55,241 nucleotides of DNA. Source: Catajapyx aquilonaris. Taxonomy: Eukaryota. Within the stretch, counting starts at the first letter, position 1, and each line of letters begins with the position of its first letter. Below the pieces are notes generated by a model. It worked only from the letters and a program-made list of their open reading frames with translations. It was not told where the DNA came from and searched no databases. A program made the translations under genes and the position numbers. The DNA is taken from the NCBI GenBank assembly GCA_000934665.2, contig KZ538672.1:1-55241 (forward strand). The letters run 5' to 3'. Positions 45,747 through 55,241 of this stretch are shown one piece after another.

Positions 45747-48700
45747 GGGTGGGTGGGAGTGACCTAACCTGAGTCTTCTATAACCATGGTCTGGACCTCA
45801 CTGCTTTGAGATGCCATGTATTCAGGTAATACAGCCATACTGCCTTTTTAATGGGAATTTGTTGGTAGCAGCCAGTTCTAATTCTTAAAAATGAAGAACA
45901 ATACATTATTTTCCAAGTATGCAAAGGATCTCTTGAGGTTGCCATAATTATATGATTTGGAATGCATTTACACTTTTTCTCATTTCCCCACGTGAATGTA
46001 CCTGCAGAGATGATTCAAAGAGCAGCTAAAACAAGCATAATATGCAAGCAATGGTTGTTGCATTTACAAAAATAGTGCAAGGTAATACAATCCTATTAGT
46101 GGATGTCTTTTCGCCTGCCCCTGTTACTCCCTTCACGTATAGGGTGCTCCAAATGTGATGCAGCCTGGTGAAAATTTTTGTATATAGTTTCTCCATTAGC
46201 AGAAGTTTGAAAGTCACGTTTTGACAAAAGGTACTGCCCGAGAGAGAACATAACTTGGGTAATTACTCCAGTATAATTCTGAAGTCACTCCACACATTTG
46301 ACAATAATATATGTAATGGGTGCAACAAGGCACATAATTCACTGTGAGATAGTGCCATGTTCAAGAAAGTTTTAAACGCCATGTGGGCATTGGGTTATTG
46401 AACTGAAAGTAGATTTACTCAAGTACCAACATTACTCTTCAAGTAACTTCCACTTTAAGATACAATGCAAAATTGGTTAGAATGACAATTTACTCCCAAG
46501 TTATTAATTGATAGTAATGAGGGTTTTGTCTGCATGCTGAAAGAAAACTGATAGTCTGTGTGTGGTCTCNCCCCCCCCCCCCCCCCCCCCCTCCTTTTGT
46601 TTCTTTTCCTTTCTTTTTTTTGACCTGAATGATGAATGAATACCATATGAAGGTGATTAAGTAGTCCATGGCTTGCATTTTGTTTGAAATACCCTGAACA
46701 AGGGGTGAGGGCTTCCAGATTGGTAAACCCAAGTTGATGCCCTCCATGTTCCTTTGAGGGTACTAAACTTGTTCTAAGTGCCATCTCCAACATAGTGTGT
46801 TGACAACTAGTGATCACAACTGTCTAGAGGCTTTTGAGCAATGTCATGCCCCCTCCCTGTTCCTGCCACTATTTGAAATCCTATCATCATGCTGGTTTTC
46901 CAATATACTCTGCAGGCATGCCTGTCCTCTGCAGCTGTTGCATTGAAAGATATGAAAACCTTATTTTAAAGATGATCAGAAACGAGCGTCACATTGTGCC
47001 AGAATGGTTGACGTTTGAGAAGCATTTCACTTGGAACACTGCATCAGATGTATGTGGGTGATTTGTCCGCCTGCCAGTCCTTGAGCCCTCACACAAATTC
47101 TGCTTCCTTTTGTAGTCAAATCACACACCAAGTTGAACTTACAATAGATTATCCTGTTTTTAAGGACGTATATCACTGCCATAGTTCAGTAAGAGAGCCA
47201 GGGCAGAAAACTTGTTTGACAGCCGACTTGCTGCGGTGACACTTTCATGTTTTGCAGAAAGGTACAAGAGAAGTACTATCAGCACAATATTATTCCGGTC
47301 ACTTGACGTGCTTTTCTTATGGGAGTGTGTCCGTGATAATATTATGGCCATAGTACGTTGTTTCCCCAGGTATGGAATCACAGTTGATAGTTGCAAGTGA
47401 CATGGTGTGCAGCTGAAGGAGTATGATGGCACTGTCTGGTAGTTGAGTGAAATGAGTGAATCCCCTCCCCCCCTCCCCCCTTTGTCCTTCACCTCCACCC
47501 TTGCTCTTTCTGCTTTCTTTCCCGTGACCATTTGTGGTTAGTGGCTACTGGCGTTGTACAAAAAATAGAACAACATATGGATCTTGTACAGACATTTTCA
47601 CTTGATGCTCTGAGAAATAAAAACTATATTTGCATCTTTTAAAAATGAGAGATGCGCCATTTGCATTGCATACAATTTTCTCACATTGTACAGCTGGTTT
47701 TATGCAGAATCTGCGGCTCAATTGTTCCAGGTGATGAGTGAATTGGAAGCGTCCGGAGGTCCCCCAGCAGCTGAAGGCCTTTGTATTACGGGTTTTATGT
47801 CACTGCCCACCTTGCTCCGTGTCTTTATTGACTTGGCACCAGTGCACAGCAAAAGGAATCGCTCTCAAATGTGATCAGAATTTTTAAATTGACATGTAAC
47901 AATGATATCTTTTGAATACTTAAATAAAAGCCAAACTGTGAGGTTTTTTAAAAAATTTACTGAATTCCTTGTACCTTGCCTTGTAGGAGTCAGCTTGGAT
48001 GGATATCAGTGGAAATCTTGTGAACACACTTTTCCCCCTATTCTCCAGCGTTATTTACAGTTTTACACCATTCGGCCTTTTCAGTGGTGTATGGCTTCTA
48101 CCTACTCATTTGCAATACTGCGTTCCAGAGCCTCACATCCCTGCTTGGAGGGTTAAATCTGAACCTCATGTGCGCTCCCCTATTCACTTTGCTTACACGC
48201 TATGATTTGGTGTATGCATTCTGTGATCATTAAAGTAGTTTTGATGTGACAAGTCTTTAAAATTGGTGTATATATGGGGCCATTTGTAAAGGGGGGCGAA
48301 TAGGCCGAGTCGGACATGGTGTAGGTGCCGCTGAAATCCTATCACCTTTCGGCTAGAGTCGCTAGACCTTGCACTCTGTTATGATGAAGCTGTGCGATAA
48401 GATCTTCCAGGAGCCAGTCTGACCACCATATGTCACTATTTGACCATTTGACTGCTCCAGTGTACAGGACACTTATACAGGCAGTGTCGCAGTGAATACT
48501 CCCCTTGGGCGAAAGAAAACAAGGAACCGGTTAAGACACGAGAACCGCTTTCGCAGAACCTGTAGCATCTTCAAAAAAGGCATATTGTTCCGCTTCTACT
48601 ACCGCTCCCATGTTCGCAAAGCGCTTCCGGTTCCCGGATGCCAAGGGTACCGAGAAATACCGGAAGCGGTTCTTTTTTCCATCCCTGGTTGTGCGGTACT

Positions 48701-49261
48701 GTTTTCACATGCTGTCATGCCCTTCAATGTGTCCAGTTGTAAATTATCAATCTGGTATTGTAGGATACCTGTACAAGTGTACAGGGTGATCCAAAATATT
48801 TGTCCTGGCTGTTTGTTGATGCTAAGCTGGTTATTTAGCAGTTGCTTTGGGCAGTTATCAAAAGTATTAGCTTCTAACATTACACCAGACCGTGCACCAG
48901 ACTGATTCATCCATTCATTAACTGTAAAGTATTTCCAATTAGGCAATTAGTAATGGTCCATCAGAACAATTAGCATCCCATGTCTTCTGGACCTGACGAA
49001 GGTTTACGCATTTGTTTATGCTGGATTGTTACATATCCAATGTGTGTCAATTTCAAGACGGCACAGTGCAAATAATGCCTATGTGCATCATGATTGGCTT
49101 CCCACATACTGGATAAATTCAAAGCAAAAGGATAACAGTTATGGAGAGTGGAGTTGGGCCCAGACTAGTCATGGATTTGCAATTATTGGGTGGAATTTTT
49201 GTGGTACTTCTAAGTTAAAAGTAACTAGTAGTACGATGAAAATTCCACACAGTGACTAATG

Positions 49262-49630
49262 CAAGGGTGGGCAAACCTTTTTCTCCGTGGTCTACGCGTA
49301 GAGATTTTTTTTTAAATGACGGGCCACATCTAACAAAAGAAATTTCAACTTATAAAAACGTTTACAATTATATATCCATCGGTTTAAATGAACGTCCATT
49401 AATTGCATAAATTGTCATTAATTCTCAGAAAATCGATAAAATTAGCTAAATAGATCAATGAAAATGGCCTCTATAAATAAAAAACTCTTTTTGCAAATTT
49501 AAAATAATTAAAAAGAAAGGCACAGGCATACAATTTTGCAATTTTAGTTTTTCAACATTTTCAGGAATATAGACATTTTTGCGCGGGCCTGCACAAATTG
49601 CTTTCGCAGGCCGTAGTTTGCCCACCACTG
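49262..49630. mobile_element. hAT-type MITE
   Basis: CAAGGGTGGGCAAAC ... GTTTGCCCACCACTG. Degenerate TSD GACTAATG/CTCTAATG. Confidence 0.75.
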
Positions 49631-49951
49631 CTCTAATGTCAGTTCCAACATCAGAATGGTCGGTTATAGCAAGTTGGTGATGAAATTACCTGTAAAATAG
49701 TCAGTTCTGCCCATAAGGGTGTCAAAGATCACTTGGAATTATGTCGGTGAAAGTGATGCAAGTACCCCATTTGCTTTGATCACACACATTATTGTGACAG
49801 TGAGACCATCAACTGGAATATCCAAGAGCAACAATATAGGTAAGGGAAACGCATCATGAATCGTGGTGCAGTATCTCCTTTGGATGCTAGACAAAGTCAA
49901 AGGTTCAGTTTTTCACCATACTGCTAGTAAGTATCACTGTCAACAACATGA

Positions 49952-50092
49952 GCCGGCCTTGGTGGACTAGTGGTTAGCGCGCTCTCCTCTGGTCCCAAGG
50001 TTGTGGGTTCGAACCCGGCCGAGGTTGGTGACTTTCCTCCGGGTGGTAGAAAAGTGAGAGTGCGCCTTCCTTCGGAGGGGAAGTAAAGCCTA
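49952..50092 (+). mobile_element. tRNA-derived SINE (family C), 5' part
   Basis: A box GGTGGACTAGTGG, B box GGTTCGAACCC, then CCTTCCTTCGGAGGGGAAGTAAAGCC. Confidence 0.8.
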
Positions 50093-50812
50093 TCGACAGT
50101 ATCTTAAGCAAATGACCAGTGAAGCTTGTGTATGTGTAGTATGATCATGTTAAATGTTGCCCCACATGCTGATCTACACTGGACATAAATATGTCGATTA
50201 CAATTATTGAAGGGTTTGGTGCAAAAACCGGTAGAGGTAGAGGCACAAAATAAAATATGAACAATTATTGTTCATATTTTATTTTGTGCCTCTACCTTTT
50301 AAGCTTGTTTTGTGGTCTGTCATTATTACTTGTCAATTCTATTCTTGTCACTGTGATGTGGTGGCCTCTACCACATGCCAGAAGGTGCCCAAGATGGAAA
50401 AAATGCTTCAAATCGAAATGTGCAAAAAGCAACTTTAGAAATTGACCAACACATATTAACTGCATTACTTGCTTACCAGTATCTTTTATTTGCATTCATG
50501 CATCTTGAATTATAGGAAGGTGTAGGCCTACTCATATATAACTAAGGAACTACCTGTATTTTTCCTCAATTGATGATAAGCTGGGTGTTTCCTTACCTGT
50601 CCTACTCTATGAAATATGACCACCTTAGACTAATTCTGATTGATTCATAGGTCATTTTAATTCTGATATAGCTCAAGTGAATTTAACAGCTTTTATAAAT
50701 ACAGGGTATTTATTACTAATATGGCCAATGGCATATTCCTTGGGCCAAAACAAGTTGAAAATGTAGGGGGGAGAAATGTCGAGGGACCGACTGGTAACAA
50801 GGAATCAACCAG

Positions 50813-50872
50813 CAGTGGCGGAACTTCAAATTCTGGGCCCCCCTGCAAGAAGTTGTTGTGGACCCCCCCCCN

Positions 50873-50904
<32 letters not shown>

Positions 50905-51781
50905 TAATAAATAAGAGAAATCGATGAATTTCAGGACAGTTTCTTTTTAATGGTACGCGTGTACTAGCTAGTAAATGACAGAAGTTCAATGCATTCAATA
51001 TCTTCAATAAGTTCCATACAATTATTTTTCCAACAATACGAAAAAAATATTTAATGCTTCTTTCGTCTTTTAGCACAGCGGTTCTCAAACTGTGGGGCGC
51101 GAAGGGGTGATGGTAGGGGGGCGTGGGGCGAATCAAAAAATTATGTGACTCGAAACATGACAAAAGTCGCACTGCTCAGGGCTTATTGTAGCGTGCAGTT
51201 CTACACAATTCGTGCAGTACTAAAAGCCAAATGTGCAGTTCTGAATAAGGATTTGTGCAGTCAGATAATAGCAGACAAGTCTGTTACATCTGCATTCAAC
51301 TGCACTTGCACATTGGCACTCCTGGAAACATGAAGGGGCCGATCTTTCTACTTGCTTATATCCGATGTGCTTACAGAGTTACAGTATAGGAGGATTCCAC
51401 TGTACTTGTCAGTTATTACATTCACCTAAGATTGTGTGACCTTGAACAAAAAAAAATCGCCTATGGCGGGCTTATTCGTTTGGGGGAGGGGGCGCGAAAT
51501 CAGAAATTACTTTCTCAGGGGGGCCGATGTGGCAAAGTTTGAGAACCGCTGCTTTAGCATTAGCAAAGTCGTTGATAACTTCATCAATGTTCAGTGCCTT
51601 AGCCTGGGCTCTTTCAATGCTAAGTAAAAAATGCAAGCCCACGTAGTCTGTCCTCCTTCATAGAATTGCGAAGGTAAGTTTTTATTATTTTAATTTTTTT
51701 TTCTTCACTCGTGTTTGGGCCCCCCCTTGCTTCGGGCCCCCCTGCGGCTGCAACCACTGCACCCCCCTAGTTCCGCCACTG
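50813..51781. mobile_element. hAT-type MITE (middle level of nest)
   Basis: TIR CAGTGGCGGAACT, perfect TSD TCAACCAG. Confidence 0.9.
51076..51551. mobile_element. hAT-type MITE (inner level of nest)
   Basis: TIR CAGCGGTTCTCAAACT, TSD TTTTAGCA/CTTTAGCA. Confidence 0.88.
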
Positions 51782-51813
51782 TCAACCAGTAACATTGGCC
51801 TACCCCTAGTCAT

Positions 51814-52013
51814 AGGCGGCAACACACATGATGCCTCTTTGTAGGAAGATCTCCTGGCAGATGTACTCGCATGCCTTACGGAGGTTATCTTGCAAAATAC
51901 CATCAGTCATGATTATCATGCTCATATCCTGCTCCCTAGGAAACCACCGTAAGATGCAGGAGTCCATCTGCCAGGCGATCTTCCTACAAAGAGGCATTGC
52001 GTGTGTTGCTGCC
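51814..52013. repeat. Palindromic MITE-like hairpin
   Basis: ATGCCTCTTTGTAGGAAGATCTCCTGGCAGATG is mirrored by CATCTGCCAGGCGATCTTCCTACAAAGAGGCAT. Confidence 0.75.
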
Positions 52014-52685
52014 AGCGCCTGATTTACCCCCCCAGCCTGATGCTTAAAAATGCAAAAGATTTTATTGTGCTCTCTCCTTCATTTAATGTTATTGTATTTT
52101 AAAATAATATATTGAAAGTAATGGCCCCTTCGGCAATTACCTTTTCTGCCTGTAGTGGTAAATCAAGCTCTCAAAAATTCGATTTTCTTTGTGATCTCAC
52201 CTTAATTTCCTATTATTGTATTTGAGAAATATTATTTATTGCAATTCGCGGCCACCCCTAGGCCAGTGCCTACTGTGCCTAATGGGAAATCCTCCGCTGG
52301 TTCCTGCCTGTGTATAGGGGTAGGCCAATATTTCTGGTCGTCTACCTTGTTACTAGTTGGTCCCTCGACATTTCTCCCCCCTACATTTTCGACTTGTTTT
52401 GGCCCAAGGAATATGCTGACAGCCGTTGGCCATACTCGTAAGAAATACCCTGCACAAAGGCTATCATAGCTGATAATGTTAGATACAGGGTGATTGATTA
52501 GGTAGTTGACCCAGGTAATGTGTGTAGTTTTGCAAGTAATATAGTGTACAGAAACAGATTTCACGTCAAATCGTACCTTCAACATTTCCATCACTGGAAT
52601 GTGTTGTGTCACTTGGCTAATGGGTCATCGTTGGTTAATGCACATGGCCATCTCATCACTTGATGTGCCATGCTTCTCTCAGGCA

Positions 52686-53030
52686 GTAGTGCTGTACTCT
52701 TTCCCTGTGAAAGCAATATGACTTACACTGTTTCTGACCAAGTGTTCCTTGTGAAAACATATTGATGACGAAATCACTAAGATCTGCCAATGTCAGTTTG
52801 TTGTGCAATTTGGTGGCTGGCTCCCTAGCAAGCATGGAAATTAGTGAAGAAATTTGAAGCATCACAGATTTGAATTTCACATTTCTTCATGCTAGGGGGC
52901 TGGCTGCCAAACTGCTCAACAAACTCATGATGGCAGATCTTAAATGATTTTGTAGTTCAATGGTGTTTTCACAAGGAACACACACTCAGTAACCATGTAA
53001 GTCATACTTCTGGAAAAGAGTACGGCACTA
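52686..53030. repeat. Old imperfect palindromic element
   Basis: GTAGTGCTGTACTCTTT...GTGTTCCTTGTGAAAACA is mirrored by TGTTTTCACAAGGAACAC...AAAGAGTACGGCACTAC. Confidence 0.7.
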
Positions 53031-53069
53031 CTCAGAACGGATTTCTAGGTTCAATAGTTAAGCATTTAG

Positions 53070-54553
53070 GGGGAGGTGTGGTGGCCGAGATGGTAACGTC
53101 TTGGCTTGCTGAGTGAAAGGTCCCAGGTTCGATCCCCGCCTGGGAGCTACCTTTCGCCTGTGTCGGGAGGGTCTCTGACCTGCACCAAGGAGGTGTCTGG
53201 CAACCTAACATCCTGGGGAACAGCACATGGCCCAAAGGTTTCATGACATTGCACCTGCACAAGTGTCCCCTCCCCAACATTCCCAATCCTTTCCCAATGT
53301 CCCCGTTTCCTTGCACCGGAGATTGAAGATAAAAATATATACAGGGTGTCCCTAAATGATTGTCAACATTTGAAAGTTGCTTAATTTCTATTAGTTGCGG
53401 TGTGCAATGACAAGACACACACAGAACGAAAGAGCACATTTTGAAGTTTTTATTGCACACAGAAAAGTTGGTTCCGCACTTTGCCGCGAGGCTCACAGGG
53501 GCACTCCACAAAATGGTGTCTCCCGAACAGAAAGCGTTCTGTGTCCTGCAGTTTGTTGTTCAGCAGGCCTTCTGGCAACAGTACGGAGTACGTAACGTCC
53601 CTCCCTACAATAATTCAACGGTGGTTCCAGAAGTTTCAGATGACGGGATGCCTTTGCAAGGGCAAGGATCAGTGGATCGGACATGCTGGTCAGCATGATC
53701 TGGTTTTTCTCCAGTGGCCGCCAAGGTCTCCCGACCTCACCCCATGTGACTTTTTCCTCTGGGGGCATATGTAAAGGACCAGGTCTTCGTACCACGGCTA
53801 CCTACCAGCCTCTGAGTTGAAACGCAGGATTGTTGCTGCTGTGGAATCAATCACACCATGCTGACCATGAGAATTGGACTATCATGCCGTGTGACGAAAG
53901 GTGCTCATATTGAGCACTTGTAGTGTGTGCAATAAAAACTTCCAAATGTGCTCTTTCGTTCTATGTCTGTCTTGTCATTGCACACCGCAACTAATAGAAA
54001 TTAAGCAACTTTCAAAAGTTGACAACCATTTAGGAACAACAAAACCCGAGCGATGCACCAATGCCGCAGACGACCGAGTTCCACCAGTCTCTATAACTAG
54101 TGGGCCTCCTGCCCGGGTTGCTTCAATTCTGCAGGACAATAATTAGACAAAATAATAACAACAATAATAACAATAATAAATATAATATACAATGTATATT
54201 ATATAAATATATACAATGTATATTATATAAATACATAAATAAATATTATATATACAGATATGCTGGCCAGGGTGTGCAGAGAATTGGACTATGGTCTTGA
54301 TGTGTGTCGTGTGACGAAAGGTGCTCATATTGAGCACTTGTAGTGTGTGCAATAAAAACTTCAAAATGTGCTCTTTCGTTCTATGTCTGCCTTGTCATTG
54401 CACACCGCAACTAATAGAAATTAAGCAACTTTCAAAAATTGACAATCATTTAGGGACACCCTGTATGTAGAAAACTGATGGTGGTGTGCCACCCCCCTAT
54501 AGATCCCGTAAGGGACATCACAGGGTAAACTTTAAAATAATAATTTAAAAAAG
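53070..54553 (+). mobile_element. tRNA-derived SINE (family A) interrupted by a mariner-like element
   Basis: A and B boxes, homology to 22382, 13-bp TSD GTTAAGCATTTAG (53057-53069 and 54554-54566). Confidence 0.85.
53342..54463 (+). mobile_element. Internally deleted Tc1/mariner-superfamily transposon with transposase remnants
   Basis: About 115-bp TIRs TA-CAGGGTGTCCCTAAATG.... Remnants MVSPEQKAFCVLQF, WPPRSPDLTPCDFFLWG and GAHIEHL-stop. Confidence 0.92.
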
Positions 54554-55241
54554 GTTAAGCATTTAGATCCTGAAAACAGTTCAAAGGTGCTTAAATAGGC
54601 ACTAAAAATCAAGCAGGTGCTAATTTATTTTTAGTCCCATGCAAAAACCATGACAGCCTACTCTTGGCCATGTAATTTTGCAACACAATAACAAATTAGC
54701 AGTTGTTCCATATTTTAGCGTTTTTAACAATTATTTGTCGGCGATGCCTGTGACACAGTACAACTTTATACACTGAAAATGACCTTTCGACGTCAACTGG
54801 ATCATTCTTGAAAAGTTAAATGTCTTGTACAGCCAGTTCATCCGGCATGTCTATAGGCTACAGCTTCTTCACTATTCACAGGTTGAAGCGGGAGGGATGA
54901 CTTGAATGGGAAACACATAAAAACCGCTGAAAATATTACGAAAAGGCGTAAATAGGTGAAAATAGACATAAATAGGTGAAAATGGGCGCTAATAGGCCAT
55001 TTAGGACCCAACGTCCGAAATTGGAAATTTTAGGTTTGATAAAACTACGATTTTTGAGGTCCTTGTGGTATGAAATGGATAGATATTTAGGTTCCAGTGT
55101 TCTGCCTACAAAAGAAAGAGTAGGTAAAAACCTATAAATCCATTCTTTGATAATGAGGCTGCAGACACCAAATGACACTTGTATCATCAGTCCAAAAAGA
55201 ATTGTCCCTCGCGTCGAGCGGGCAGCCACGCGTCAGGATGA

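Larger units (their letters stand above)
50702..52452. mobile_element. Outer mariner-type MITE (CAGGGTATT TIR) with nested insertions
   Basis: 50702-50812 plus 51790-51808 mirror 52315-52452. Confidence 0.8.

Noticed and set aside
6702..50872. Single N bases within G/C homopolymers
   Set aside because: These are assembly or masking artefacts, not biology.
22382..53150. tRNA genes at 22382, 24391(-), 33465, 49952 and 53070
   Set aside because: The A/B boxes run into shared repeat bodies, most with tails or TSDs, and I saw no convincing acceptor stems. They are SINE heads.
53395..53800. Functional transposase
   Set aside because: Large internal deletions, frameshifts and stops leave only motif remnants.
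54930..55241. 97-aa minus-strand ORF at the window end
   Set aside because: It overlaps AAATAGG-type subterminal repeats of a probable DNA-transposon end, has no recognisable protein, and is truncated by the window.

Overview
Eukaryotic (animal, very likely arthropod) genomic DNA; no prokaryotic features. The main gene is a + strand Axin (Wnt/beta-catenin destruction-complex scaffold). I could join 13 GT-AG, phase-consistent coding exons from 28956 to the stop at 39670, covering [18 protein letters not shown]3-binding helix, beta-catenin-binding ILDxHVSRVW, TQLxExRRRLEE and DIX. A plausible N-terminal extension lies at 24596-25139, and several candidate alternative first exons lie at about 10.5-20.5 kb. 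The most notable features are: (1) no canonical RPPVPGEE tankyrase motif, but tankyrase-like motifs in two candidate upstream exons; (2) a 12-bp coding repeat that builds an eight-site S/T-x-x-x-S/T (GSK3-type) ladder between the GSK3- and beta-catenin-binding regions; (3) a TCF HMG site flanked by GCCGCC helper-like sites in the CpG-rich upstream region. The rest is dense with non-autonomous transposons (hAT, Tc1/mariner/pogo and piggyBac-like MITEs, tRNA-derived SINEs, RTE LINE 3' ends, a deleted mariner-like element), often nested and with readable target-site duplications. The leftmost 9 kb holds unidentified exon-like or decayed coding segments. All calls were made by eye, with no database searches.
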